Of a stretch of 64,000 nucleotides of DNA, positions 9,677 through 19,128 are shown piece by piece. Numbering within the stretch: the stretch's first letter is position 1; the number at the start of each line of letters is the position of its first letter. Both the position numbers and the translations under genes were made by a program. The stretch is taken from contig CANSNO010000002.1 in the NCBI GenBank assembly GCA_947648385.1, forward strand, positions 482 to 64,481, given 5' to 3'. The notes under the pieces are model-generated. The model saw only the letters and a list, made by a program, of their open reading frames with translations. It did not search any database and was not told the DNA's origin. Source of the stretch: an uncultured Clostridia bacterium. GTDB taxonomy: Bacteria > Bacillota > Clostridia > Oscillospirales > Butyricicoccaceae.

Positions 9677-10858
9677 ATGGCGGATATTAGAGAACTCAAG
9701 GCTCGCGCGTACACGCTGGCCGAGGAGAACATAGAGCTTTACAACCATATTTGCGATGAAATATTTAACCACCCCGAGCTTGGCGAGCAGGAGGTCTACT
9801 CCGCGGGGTTCCTCGTCAGGGAGATGGAAAAGCGCGGCTTCCGTGTCCAGATGCCCTACGGCGGACTTGACACGGCCTTCAGATGCGAGATAGGCAGCGG
9901 CAGCCCCAGAGTGGCCTTTTTGGCCGAGTATGACGCCCTGCCCGGCTACGGCCCCAACAAGGATCAGAACGGCCACGCCTGCGGCCATAACTGGATAGCC
10001 GCCTCGGCCTTCGGCGCCGCCGATGTGCTGGCTCAGATGAAGGACAGCTTTGAGGGCACCATAGTCTATATCGGCACCCCGGCCGAGGAGATGCGCGGCG
10101 GCAAGGTCGACCTTGTCAACAACGGGTGCTTTGACGATATCGACGCCGTTTTTCAGATGCACCTGACAAGCGGCGGAACAAAAATAAACAACCGCACACT
10201 GGCCATCGACTCGGTGGAGTTCACCTTTGAGGGCGTGGCGGCTCACGCCGCCGGCAACCCTTGGAAGGGGGTCAACGCCCTTGACGCCTGTTATCTGACC
10301 TTCAGCGGCATCAACGCCCTGCGTCAGCACGTCACCACCGACGCCCGTATTCACGGCATAATTGAGGAGGGCGGCGTCGCCCCCAATATCGTTCCCAGCC
10401 ACTGCGTGTGCAAGTTTTTTGTCCGCGCGGCCGACAGAGAGTATCTCAACGAGCTGACCCAGAAGGTCATCAACTGCGCCAAGGGCGCCGAGCTTATGAC
10501 GGGCGCCAAGATGACCATGCGTTATTTTGAAAACTCCTATGACGACCTGCGCTGCAATCCCCTTTTGACCGACCTTATGGCCAAGAACCTCGACGAGCTG
10601 GGCGTCACCTATGACGCCGCCGAGCAGCAGCCCTCGGGCAGCTCGGATTTGGGCAACGTCTCCAAGGTCTGCCCCACCTGCTATGTCTCCATGGATGTTG
10701 GCAATACCGACGGCAGCGCCTGCCACGAGGAGCCTTTCCTCCAACACGTCAACTCCCCTCTGGCCTATGACAAGAACCTCAAGGCCGTCAAGGCCATGGC
10801 CGCCACGGCCCTGGATTTCCTGACCGACGAAGAGGTCAGAAAGCAGCTTGCAAAGTAA
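9677..10858 (+). CDS. M20-family amidohydrolase/peptidase (AbgB-like)
   Basis: NGHACGHNWIAAS metal-binding block, GTPAEE, and GVAAHAAGNPWKGVNALDA dimerisation-domain pattern. Confidence 0.85.
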   Translation: MADIRELKARAYTLAEENIELYNHICDEIFNHPELGEQEVYSAGFLVREMEKRGFRVQMPYGGLDTAFRCEIGSGSPRVAFLAEYDALPGYGPNKDQNGHACGHNWIAASAFGAADVLAQMKDSFEGTIVYIGTPAEEMRGGKVDLVNNGCFDDIDAVFQMHLTSGGTKINNRTLAIDSVEFTFEGVAAHAAGNPWKGVNALDACYLTFSGINALRQHVTTDARIHGIIEEGGVAPNIVPSHCVCKFFVRAADREYLNELTQKVINCAKGAELMTGAKMTMRYFENSYDDLRCNPLLTDLMAKNLDELGVTYDAAEQQPSGSSDLGNVSKVCPTCYVSMDVGNTDGSACHEEPFLQHVNSPLAYDKNLKAVKAMAATALDFLTDEEVRKQLAK

Positions 10859-10871
10859 AACGGATTTTAAA

Positions 10872-10901
10872 AGCCCCCGAGATTACTCGGGGGCTTTTTT
10901 A
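10872..10901 (+). terminator. Intrinsic terminator
   Basis: AGCCCCCGAG-ATTA-CTCGGGGGCT followed by TTTTTT. Confidence 0.85.
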
Positions 10902-10920
10902 TGTGATAATATTTAATTCA

Positions 10921-11256
10921 TTATTTGCCCGAGGCGTTCTCCAGCTGCTGAACCTTTTCGGACAAAAACCTGACGGCGGTTTTAAGGGTGGATATATCGT
11001 CCTGCATACTGTCAATGACAGATATGCGCTTTATCTGATTTTGAATGGTCACCTGCCCCTCGGCTAAAAGCTGAATCCGTGGTATGATGACATTCTCCTG
11101 ATTTATTTCCAGACGGGAAGTGCGGTCATTGAGAGCTTGGAGGTCGCCCTGCATCTGAGCCATATCGCCTTTCATGTGGGCTATGTCGCCTTGCATCCGG
11201 GCCATGTCGCCCTGCATCTGGGCCAATATATCCAATATTTTTTGCTCGTTGTTCAT
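10921..11256 (-). CDS. Small coiled-coil protein with four 7-aa tandem repeats (hypothetical)
   Basis: MQGDMAR-MQGDIAH-MKGDMAQ-MQGDLQA is followed by a coiled-coil tail. No TM segment and no recognised family. Confidence 0.55.
   Translation of the reverse strand: MNNEQKILDILAQMQGDMARMQGDIAHMKGDMAQMQGDLQALNDRTSRLEINQENVIIPRIQLLAEGQVTIQNQIKRISVIDSMQDDISTLKTAVRFLSEKVQQLENASGK
11134..11220. repeat. Four 21-nt tandem repeats inside the small ORF
   Basis: On the + strand: gcc ctg cat ctg agc cat atc / gcc ttt cat gtg ggc tat gtc / gcc ttg cat ccg ggc cat gtc / gcc ctg cat ctg ggc. Confidence 0.8.
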
Positions 11257-11388
11257 GACAGCACGTCCTTTTCTGATTTATATACAGTATATCACAGAAC
11301 AAAACGGCCTTCAATATCTTATCAAAGAAAAACTGCTTTGTATTTTTTTGACAGTTTCGGAAACCCTAAACCAAAAGAGGGTGAAAAA

Positions 11389-12687
11389 ATGGAATCGCTG
11401 TGGAGAAAAACGGCGGAAATGCCGTCTTTCGGGCCTTTGAAGGACGATTTACAAACCGATGTGCTGATAATCGGCGGCGGCATGGCCGGCCTGCTGTGCG
11501 CCTATAAGCTGGAAAAGGCCGGAGTCGATTATGCCCTTGTGGAGGCCGACAGGATTTGCGGCGGCACGACGGGCAACACAACGGCCAAGATAACCTCACA
11601 GCACGGCATGATATACCATAAGATGATAAAACACTTCGGGGTGGAAAAGGCGAGGCTTTATCTGGAGGCCAATCAGGCGGCTCTTGAGGAATACCGCGCC
11701 CTGTGCTGTGATATCGACTGCGGCTTCGAGGAACAGGAAGCCTGCGTATATACGATGGATGACAGGGAAAAGGCCGAAAGGGAGGCGGAGGCCGTCAGGT
11801 CTCTGGGGCTTGACGCCGGGTTTACAACAGATTTGGGGCTGGCCTTCGGCGTGGCCGGGGCCGTGGTATTCCCCGGTCAGGCCATGTTCAATCCGCTGGC
11901 CTTTGCCTCCGCAATATCCCGTGACCTCAATATTTATGAAAGGACAAAGGTGCGTCAGCTGGCCCACGGTCTGGCCGTCACCGACAGGGGAAACATCAGG
12001 GCGAAGAAAATCATCGTTGCCACCCATTTCCCCATGCTTAACAAGCACGGCGGTTATTTTATCAAGCTTTATCAGCACCGCTCCTATGTTATAGCTCTTG
12101 AAGGGGCCCCGAAAATCGGGGCCATGTATTTGGACGACGATGAAAAGGGCCTATCCTTCCGAGGGAGCGGAGACCTGCTTCTTATAGGCGGCGGCAGTCA
12201 CCGCACGGGTAAGAGAGGAGGCGGCTGGAGGGAGCTTGAGGATTTTGCCGCGAGGTATTATCCAAAGGCACGGGTGACAGCCAGGTGGGCAGCCCAGGAC
12301 TGTATGTCTCTCGACGGGGCGCCCTATATCGGGGAGTATTCGTCGGGCGCCGAGGGCCTTTATGTGGCCACGGGATTCAACAAGTGGGGCATGACCTCCT
12401 CCATGGCGGCGGCCAACATACTGGCCGATATGGTTCAGGGGAAGAGAAACAAATACCAAGATGTGTTTTCGCCCTCGCGCACGGCCCTGCGTCCCCAGCT
12501 GGCTCTGAACGGCCTTGAAAGCCTTGTCAGCCTGCTGACTCCGACGGCGCCGCGCTGTCCCCATATGGGGTGCGCCCTCAAATACAACCCCGAGGAGCAC
12601 AGCTGGGACTGCCCCTGCCACGGCTCGCGCTTTACCGAGGAGGGAGAGCTTATCGAAGGCCCCTCCACCGACGACAAAAGACTGTAA
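11389..12687 (+). CDS. FAD-dependent oxidoreductase with C-terminal Rieske [2Fe-2S] domain (YhfW-like)
   Basis: GAGGGTGA RBS before ATG 11389. The dinucleotide fold is DVLIIGGGMAGLLCAYKL. The C-terminal CPHMGC...CPCHGSRF is a Rieske CxH/CxxH motif. Confidence 0.85.
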   Translation: MESLWRKTAEMPSFGPLKDDLQTDVLIIGGGMAGLLCAYKLEKAGVDYALVEADRICGGTTGNTTAKITSQHGMIYHKMIKHFGVEKARLYLEANQAALEEYRALCCDIDCGFEEQEACVYTMDDREKAEREAEAVRSLGLDAGFTTDLGLAFGVAGAVVFPGQAMFNPLAFASAISRDLNIYERTKVRQLAHGLAVTDRGNIRAKKIIVATHFPMLNKHGGYFIKLYQHRSYVIALEGAPKIGAMYLDDDEKGLSFRGSGDLLLIGGGSHRTGKRGGGWRELEDFAARYYPKARVTARWAAQDCMSLDGAPYIGEYSSGAEGLYVATGFNKWGMTSSMAAANILADMVQGKRNKYQDVFSPSRTALRPQLALNGLESLVSLLTPTAPRCPHMGCALKYNPEEHSWDCPCHGSRFTEEGELIEGPSTDDKRL

Positions 12688-12694
12688 AAAAAAA

Positions 12695-12718
12695 GGGGCT
12701 GCCATAATGGCAGCCCCC
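12695..12718. terminator. Bidirectional terminator between convergent genes
   Basis: GGGGCTGCC-ATAA-TGGCAGCCCC, flanked by an A-run on the left and T-rich sequence on the right. Confidence 0.7.
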
Positions 12719-12741
12719 TTTGATTTTAAAAAGCTTTAAAC

Positions 12742-14085
12742 TTATTTCGCGTCGCCGTAGGCCTTTGTTATCTCATAGAAGAAGGCGACGGCGGCGGGCA
12801 TGGAGTTGGTGTCGTAATGCTCGTTGACAGCGTGAGCGCCGCCCGTCTTGGCGCTGGCCTTGCCGCCTGTATAGCGATAGACATTATCGCATATCTCGGT
12901 GTAATAGCGGGAGTCGGTGCCGCCGAAGACCAGATTGGGGATAAAGACGATATTGTCGTCATGGTTGACCTGGCAGGTTATCCTCTTGAGCAGGTCATAA
13001 GCCCAGTTGTCATCGGGAGAGACACGGGGAGGATTGTGGCCCTTGAGCAGACGGAACTTGACGTTCTCGGGCAGGACCTTGCGGAAGTGGGCTTCCAGGT
13101 CTTCCAGCGTCTGGCCGGGCAGTATGCGGCTGTTGGTGACGACCGAGGCTCTCTCGGGCAGGATGTTGGCCTGAGCCGAGCCCTGAGCCATGGTGGGTGT
13201 CGTCGTTGTGCGGACGGCCGTCGACATCATGGGAACCTTGAGGACTTCCTCGACCAGCTCGTCCCAATTCTTGTCGGGATCCTTCATCAGCTCGCCCAAA
13301 CGGCCGGGAGTGATGGCCGACTGAGCCTTGAACATCTTGACGGCCGGCTCGCACTTGAATGTGGGCATGGGGTTCTCCTCCAGCAGCCACATGGCATAGC
13401 CCAGCTCGCCCAGAGCGTTGTGCTTGGGAGGCATAGCGGCATGACCGCCGCCCTGCTCGACATAGAACTCATAGTCGGCATAGCCCTTTTCGCAGACGCC
13501 GACGGCGGCCACGTTGAAGCCGTTCATCTCTCTGGGTCCGCCGCCCTCGTCAAATACCATACCGAACTTTATGCCTCTGGCCTTCAGCTCGTCGACAATA
13601 ATGCGGCAGGCAGCGCCGGGGCCGCCCATTATCTCTTCGTTATAGCCGAAGATAAGGTAGACGTCGTGATCGGGAACAAAGCCGTCGGCGATAAGGCCCT
13701 CAACGGCTTCCAACTCGCATATCATTGTGGCCTTACAGTCGCTGACGCCGCGGCCCCACAGCACGCCCTCTTCGTCCAGATAAGGCTCAAAGGGAGGATG
13801 GGTCCACTTTGTCAGGTCGCCGACAGGAACGACGTCCTGATGGGCCATGAACATGATGGGCAGCTTGTCGCTCTTGCCTGTGCCCTTCCAATGGAGCATC
13901 AGGGCGCACTTGCCGATGACTTCCTTCTCCATGACTCTGAAGACATTAGGATATGTCTTTTCCAGATACTTGTGGAGTTCCAGAAAGTTTTCGACAGGCA
14001 GATCGTCGGCGTTGACCGTCGATGTTGTGTCAAAGCTGGAGGCGCCGGCCAGATGCTCGGCAAACAGCTTGCTGTCATACTTCAT
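12742..14085 (-). CDS. M20/M25/M40 family metallopeptidase
   Basis: MFMAHQDVVPVGD..W.HPPF, GRGVSDCK, and YLIFGYNEE metal-ligand blocks. Confidence 0.85.
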   Translation of the reverse strand: MKYDSKLFAEHLAGASSFDTTSTVNADDLPVENFLELHKYLEKTYPNVFRVMEKEVIGKCALMLHWKGTGKSDKLPIMFMAHQDVVPVGDLTKWTHPPFEPYLDEEGVLWGRGVSDCKATMICELEAVEGLIADGFVPDHDVYLIFGYNEEIMGGPGAACRIIVDELKARGIKFGMVFDEGGGPREMNGFNVAAVGVCEKGYADYEFYVEQGGGHAAMPPKHNALGELGYAMWLLEENPMPTFKCEPAVKMFKAQSAITPGRLGELMKDPDKNWDELVEEVLKVPMMSTAVRTTTTPTMAQGSAQANILPERASVVTNSRILPGQTLEDLEAHFRKVLPENVKFRLLKGHNPPRVSPDDNWAYDLLKRITCQVNHDDNIVFIPNLVFGGTDSRYYTEICDNVYRYTGGKASAKTGGAHAVNEHYDTNSMPAAVAFFYEITKAYGDAK

Positions 14086-14157
14086 AATGTTTCACCTCAT
14101 TTTTATATTTCTTCCGCCGCCGTCCCATCCGGCGGCGGAAAGATGTCTTAAAAATAC

Positions 14158-14224
14158 TTATTTATGCTCTCTGAGCCATTCCATGGCGCACTGGACATAG
14201 ACAGCGGCGCCATAGGGCAAGGCG
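14158..14224. repeat. Copy A of a 67-bp direct repeat, an orphan copy of the amidohydrolase 3' end
   Basis: TTATTTATGCTCTCTGAGCCATTCCATGGCGCACTGGACATAGACAGCGGCGCCATAGGGCA[A]GGCG is identical to 14356-14422 apart from one mismatch. Confidence 0.9.
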
Positions 14225-14355
14225 ATTTCCCAAAAAACAGGTTTTTTGGGATCCCTTTTTTATTTTATAGCCTCCGGTCGGCAAAGCCTCCCTGCGGCAG
14301 ACGCCGCATTGGCGGCGCGGCGCGGAAGCGTCGTGAAGACGCCCGGGGAGCTATA

Positions 14356-14422
14356 TTATTTATGCTCTCTGAGCCATTCCATGGCGCACTGGACATAGAC
14401 AGCGGCGCCATAGGGCAGGGCG
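14356..14422. repeat. Copy B of the 67-bp direct repeat, the true 3' end of the amidohydrolase gene
   Basis: Same sequence as 14158-14224, offset by 198 bp. Confidence 0.9.
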
Positions 14423-15540
14423 TCTTCGGAGAACTGGACGCGAGGATTGTGGTTGGATATCCTCTTTGCCTTATCCTCAACGCCGCCGCCGAGCCAGAAT
14501 ATCTGGCTGGGAACAGCCTGACCGAAATAGGCAAAGTCCTCCGAGCCGGTGGCGCGGGCCTTTTTAGGTATCATATTCTCGGCGCCGACCACGTCGGCGG
14601 CGTAACGGACGACTTCATCGGTAAAGTCGGGGTCGCAGTACATGGCCGGGGAGGAAAAGAGCCAGTTGACCTCGGCCTCGCCGCCGAAGGTGGCGGCCGT
14701 GCCCTTGGCAATCTCTTCGACCCTTCTGACCATAAACTTTGTCAGCTCGGCGTTAAAGCCGCGCATTGTGCCGTAAAGATGGCCCTCGGAGGGGATTACG
14801 TTTGTCGCGCCGTCGCCGAATATCATGGAGCCGACGGTCAGCGTACACTGCTCGACGGCGTCGACTTCGCGAGCCAGCAGCTCCTGAAGTGCGAGATAGA
14901 TATGAGTGCCGATGTTTATGGGGGAAACGCCTCTGTGAGGGGCGGCGCCGTGGCAGCCCCTGCCCTTGACATGGATGTCAAAGCCGTCGGCCGAGCCCAT
15001 GGTCAGACCCTTGCCGAAATCGAGGGTCGCCACGTCGGCAATGGGGCCTATATGTATGCCGAGGGCCACGTCGACATGGGGGTTTTCAAGCACTCCGGCC
15101 TCTATCATGGCCTTGGCTCCGCCGAAGGTCTCCTCGTTTGGCTGGAAGCATATTTTTACGGTGCCCTCAATCTCGTCCTCGTGTTCTTTAAGTATCTTGG
15201 CGGCGCCCAGCAGCATGGCCATATGGAAGTCGTGGCCGCAGGCGTGCATGGCTCCGGGATTTTCGGAGGAGAAGGGCAGGCCCGTGTCCTCGGGCATGGG
15301 CAGGGCGTCCATATCGCCGCGTATCAGTATGCACTTGCCGGGCTTTTTGCCCCCGGCCAGAGCCACAAGGCCGCACTGGCATATCTCGTTGACCTCATAG
15401 CCCATCTCTTCAAGCTTGGCTCTTACATATTTCGTCGTCTCGAAAAGCTCGTTTCTCAGCTCGGGATGGCGGTGAAAATGACGCCTGTTCTCCACCAGCT
15501 CGGGAACAAGCTCATTGGCTCTCTCAAGGTATTTGTTCAT
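14356..15540 (-). CDS. M20D-family amidohydrolase (N-acyl-amino-acid / hippurate hydrolase-like)
   Basis: FHRHPEL, LIRGDMDALP, and MHACGHDFHMAMLLGAAK are classic M20D motifs. Confidence 0.9.
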   Translation of the reverse strand: MNKYLERANELVPELVENRRHFHRHPELRNELFETTKYVRAKLEEMGYEVNEICQCGLVALAGGKKPGKCILIRGDMDALPMPEDTGLPFSSENPGAMHACGHDFHMAMLLGAAKILKEHEDEIEGTVKICFQPNEETFGGAKAMIEAGVLENPHVDVALGIHIGPIADVATLDFGKGLTMGSADGFDIHVKGRGCHGAAPHRGVSPINIGTHIYLALQELLAREVDAVEQCTLTVGSMIFGDGATNVIPSEGHLYGTMRGFNAELTKFMVRRVEEIAKGTAATFGGEAEVNWLFSSPAMYCDPDFTDEVVRYAADVVGAENMIPKKARATGSEDFAYFGQAVPSQIFWLGGGVEDKAKRISNHNPRVQFSEDALPYGAAVYVQCAMEWLREHK

Positions 15541-15683
15541 TTGGGTAAACCTCCAAATTATAATATCTGATTATATTATAACAGATTTTTTCCCGAAAGG
15601 AGAATTATTTAATATTAAAATATACCAAAAATTCTATCGCTTTTTAGTGCATTATTTTTTTAGACTAAGGGGCAAAATTCACA

Positions 15684-16667
15684 TCAAAGGCTGTTTTCCC
15701 CGGCCTTTTCAAGGGCTTCCCTGACGGCTTTGGCAATATACCAGAACATGACCGGAGGTATGGCGTTTCCGAGGGCGCGGTACTGGGCGCTTTCGCTGCC
15801 GACAAGCTCATAGCTTTCGGGAAAGGACTGTATCCTCGCCACCTCCCTCGGTGTGAAGCGGCGGTAACGCCCCTCTGAAAGCAGGACGGGGTCGGTGCTG
15901 TTGAGGGATACCTTTGCGAGGTGGGCACCCACAGTGTTGCACGGCCCCGAGATATCCTGGGCGCGGCCCTTGTTCATCAACGCCCTGTTTTTCATCATGC
16001 CGTCGACGGCCCTTTGACTGAAAAAATATTTTTCCGGCACGGCGGCTTCGATAACGGCGCTAAGAGGGACATAGTCCTTTTCTTTTTCAATGACCGGAGG
16101 GGGAAATGAAAAGCTTATTTTCAAATCCTTTCTGAAGCCGACGATAATGACCCTCTCCCTTTTCTGGGGCACGCCGTAGGACGCGGCGTTGAGGACTTGG
16201 TATTTAATATCATATCCGCTGCGCTCAAACTCTTTCACGATAAGGGGAAAGGCGGCCCCCTTGTTGGCCGTCAGGATGCCCTTGACATTTTCGGCGATAA
16301 AGCATTTGGGCTTTTTCCGGCGCAGCACGCGGCACATTTCAAAAAAGAGAGTGCCCCGTTTGTCGCCGATGCCCAGACGGGGAGGGTTTTGCGCCACAAT
16401 GGAAAAGGACTGGCAGGGGAAGCCTCCGGTCAGAATATCGAAGGGGGGCAGCTCCTCGGGAAAGACCAGACGGATATCCCTGTTGTCGGGCTTTATGCCG
16501 AAGTTTTTCTCGAAAAGGGCGCAGGCGTTTTTGTCGATATCGTTGGCATAGACAATCTCCATGCCGTTTGGCGCGTAATGTCGGCCGAGAAAATCAAAGC
16601 CCCCCAGCAAACCGACGTCGGTGCCGCCGCAGCCGCAGAACAGGGAGGCGACCTTTAATGTTCCCAT
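15684..16667 (-). CDS. DNA (cytosine-5)-methyltransferase, M2 of the R-M operon
   Basis: Motif I FCGCGG, motif IV GGFPCQSFS, ENVKGIL, QKRERVIIVGF, and motif X GNAIPP. Confidence 0.9.
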   Translation of the reverse strand: MGTLKVASLFCGCGGTDVGLLGGFDFLGRHYAPNGMEIVYANDIDKNACALFEKNFGIKPDNRDIRLVFPEELPPFDILTGGFPCQSFSIVAQNPPRLGIGDKRGTLFFEMCRVLRRKKPKCFIAENVKGILTANKGAAFPLIVKEFERSGYDIKYQVLNAASYGVPQKRERVIIVGFRKDLKISFSFPPPVIEKEKDYVPLSAVIEAAVPEKYFFSQRAVDGMMKNRALMNKGRAQDISGPCNTVGAHLAKVSLNSTDPVLLSEGRYRRFTPREVARIQSFPESYELVGSESAQYRALGNAIPPVMFWYIAKAVREALEKAGENSL

Positions 16668-18070
16668 ACAAGCAAATCCTCAAATCTTCCCACTGTTTTG
16701 GGGTCAAATGTGATGTCGGCGCCGTCGTTGGGCGTCATTTGTAGCTTATCCTGTTTGTAAAGGCCGACGGGGTCCTGAAGCAGGAACAGCTTTTTTGAGC
16801 CTTTGCTTATCATCAGGCGATAGACATAATATGCGGCCCTTGTGGTTTCGGCGGTTTTCCATTCGTTTTTCGTCAGGTGTACCGTGTTGAAATGAAGGGG
16901 CTTTGAGGATATGGTGGTTTTGACCTCGATATAGCGTTTCTTTTCGTCAAGCTCTACTGAGCTGATATCATATCCGACGGCAAATTGCGTGGGGATTCTC
17001 TTTATAAGATGTATAAGGTCATCGCGTCCGCCGAGCTTCATCCTCATACATTCGTGGCCGTGGACAAGGTTTTCTCCCATATCCCCTATATCCTTTGTTG
17101 AGAAACCCTCCTCGGCGGCGAGCCGCTGTGAAATCTCTTTGCCGGTGTTTTTCAGCGTTTCATATTCTCGCTCATCGGCGGCGATATAGGCCAGAATGTC
17201 GGTCTTGAAGTCGGTTGTGTCCATATCGCGGTTGACATATGAAAACCAGTCGGAATAAAGGCCGTTGATGCTGTCAAGAGACCCTTTTCGATGGGCAATC
17301 ATACGGTCATAGCCTGAAAACCATTCCTTTGATTCGATAAACTTTAGAATCGTCTCGCTTTCCGCCTCGTTGAGATAATAGGTCCTGCCGTCCCAAGTCT
17401 TCAAAAGATTGGCTGTTTCCATATAGTCGACTATATCCCCGGCATACCTTATCACGTCTCCCGTCAGGTCGTAGGAAAGGCGGCGTTCTCTGTTGGCTTT
17501 AACGCGCTCCCACACGAGGGAGACGTCCTCGCCGTCCCTTGTGACCCTCAGGTCGTTAAAGACGCAGTGGCATATTTCGCCCTTGGTCAGGCCGATGTTT
17601 GCCCCTTCGGCCTCCCTGATATATGTCAGCAGGCGCAGGATATATTGAGCCGGCTTGAAACGGACGCCGTGCTCTATCTGCTCCAGAATGGCGTGAGGCT
17701 TGATGTGGGCGCCGGGATACTGGAAGGAATAGAGATAGCTCTTGAAAAAGGCCACAAGGTCTCCGTCCTCCGCCAGCTCCCTCGCCCGTCTGCCGGCCTC
17801 GGCGATGTTGCCGTCGACGTGCCTGACAAAGCCGAAGAGGGAGGATATCTCAGTCCTCCAGTTGTTGATTGTCTTGGGCGTTTTATTGGCGTTGCCCGGA
17901 TATCTGTAAATGGCGTCGTTCAGCCTTTGGGCAAAGTCGGCCTCGGGCATTGGCTCAAGCTCGGATATGCTTTGAGCCACATATATCAGGACGTTTTCCA
18001 CGTCGTTTTTAAAACGGGGTCTCGGATGGTGTATCCTGAAATAATACTCTTCGGGTATTTGATATATCAT
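16655..18070 (-). CDS. Candidate type II restriction endonuclease with a DUF3883-like PD-(D/E)xK C-terminal domain
   Basis: Sandwiched between two m5C methyltransferases, with 13-nt and 4-nt overlaps. The C-terminus GENLV..E....GYDISSVE...RYIEVKTT...LTKNEW....AYYVYRL matches the DUF3883 pattern. The N-terminal ~330 aa are unrecognised. Confidence 0.65.
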   Translation of the reverse strand: MIYQIPEEYYFRIHHPRPRFKNDVENVLIYVAQSISELEPMPEADFAQRLNDAIYRYPGNANKTPKTINNWRTEISSLFGFVRHVDGNIAEAGRRARELAEDGDLVAFFKSYLYSFQYPGAHIKPHAILEQIEHGVRFKPAQYILRLLTYIREAEGANIGLTKGEICHCVFNDLRVTRDGEDVSLVWERVKANRERRLSYDLTGDVIRYAGDIVDYMETANLLKTWDGRTYYLNEAESETILKFIESKEWFSGYDRMIAHRKGSLDSINGLYSDWFSYVNRDMDTTDFKTDILAYIAADEREYETLKNTGKEISQRLAAEEGFSTKDIGDMGENLVHGHECMRMKLGGRDDLIHLIKRIPTQFAVGYDISSVELDEKKRYIEVKTTISSKPLHFNTVHLTKNEWKTAETTRAAYYVYRLMISKGSKKLFLLQDPVGLYKQDKLQMTPNDGADITFDPKTVGRFEDLLVWEH

Positions 18071-19128
18071 CGGCTGTCCTCGCTTTCCGAAAGGCGGAGC
18101 ATCTGCTCGGCGATTCTTTGGGCCATTATAGGGGGAACGGCGTTGCCCACCTGCCTGAACTGCTGTGTCTTATTTCCGAAAAATATGAAATCGTCGGGGA
18201 AAGACTGCAGTCTGGCACATTCGCGGACGGTGGGTACGCGGTTATATTTATAATGGAAGTGGTGGCGGTGCCCCGTGTCGATGGTGGGGGCCGGCTTTTG
18301 GCTGTTGAAACGGGTCCAGGCAACGTGGAAATTTCTCGAGCTTTTAAACTCGTCGGGCAAATCCTTGTAATTTCCCCCGTCGGGAACAAGGGAAATTATA
18401 CGGCGGACCTTTTCGCTGTGGGCTGCGGCGATATGGTTGCGCACTACGGCCGACCTTGCCCTCATCAGTTTCTGATATTCATTTTGCGGATCCGTTTCAT
18501 AGCTTTGAATCTCCTCGCCCAAAGCGTCCGCAAGGGGAGGCAGATCGCTCAGGGCCATTTCACAGGTGACCTGCTCTGTCTGAACGGGTGGGTATTCAAA
18601 GGTATTGCCCCCTTTTACCCCCACAAATACAACTCTTTTCCTGTTCTGGGGCACCCCGTAGTCCGCGGCGCAGAGGGTTTGGTATTTTACCTTGTAACCC
18701 ATTTTTTCAAAGGCTTCGATGATGTCGTCCTTTACCATGCCGTCAAAAAGAGCCACAAGGCCGGGGACGTTTTCAATGACAAAGGCCTTTGGGCCTATTT
18801 CGCCGACCAGACGGATAAAACTGAGATATAATCTGTTGCGAGGGTCGCTGAAATTCCGCGGCCCGGACAGGGAAAAGCCCTGGCACGGCGGGCCGCCGAT
18901 AATGACGTCGATTTTTTTCCCTCCCAGCAGGGGGGCGATGTGGCTTTGATAGGTTATATCGGTAATGTCGGCGCAAATGGATTTTGCCCCGTGATGGTTA
19001 TGTTCAAAGGTCTCCAGAGCTTTGGCGTCGTTGTCTATCCCGAGGAGAATATTAAATCCGGCTTTTTCAAAGCCGTAGGATAGCCCCCCCGCGCCGCAGA
19101 AAAGGTCGATAACATTCCGGCCGTCCAT
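18067..19128 (-). CDS. DNA (cytosine-5)-methyltransferase, M1 of the R-M operon
   Basis: DLFCGAGGLSYGF, GGPPCQGFS, ENVPGL, QNRKRVVFVG, RECARLQSFPDDF, and GNAVPP. Confidence 0.92.
   Translation of the reverse strand: MDGRNVIDLFCGAGGLSYGFEKAGFNILLGIDNDAKALETFEHNHHGAKSICADITDITYQSHIAPLLGGKKIDVIIGGPPCQGFSLSGPRNFSDPRNRLYLSFIRLVGEIGPKAFVIENVPGLVALFDGMVKDDIIEAFEKMGYKVKYQTLCAADYGVPQNRKRVVFVGVKGGNTFEYPPVQTEQVTCEMALSDLPPLADALGEEIQSYETDPQNEYQKLMRARSAVVRNHIAAAHSEKVRRIISLVPDGGNYKDLPDEFKSSRNFHVAWTRFNSQKPAPTIDTGHRHHFHYKYNRVPTVRECARLQSFPDDFIFFGNKTQQFRQVGNAVPPIMAQRIAEQMLRLSESEDSR

Noticed and set aside
9332-10747. 471-aa minus-strand ORF
   Set aside because: It lies antisense to the YfcC 3' end and the M20 peptidase gene. 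It has shadow-ORF composition, no motifs and no RBS.
14111-14140. GC-rich hairpin CTTCCGCCGCC-N8-GGCGGCGGAAG as an intrinsic terminator
   Set aside because: There is no U-tract on either strand. It is kept only as context for the duplication finding.
12817-15570. 444-aa and 468-aa + strand ORFs
   Set aside because: They lie antisense to two well-supported M20 hydrolase genes. The second merely reads across the 67-bp duplication.
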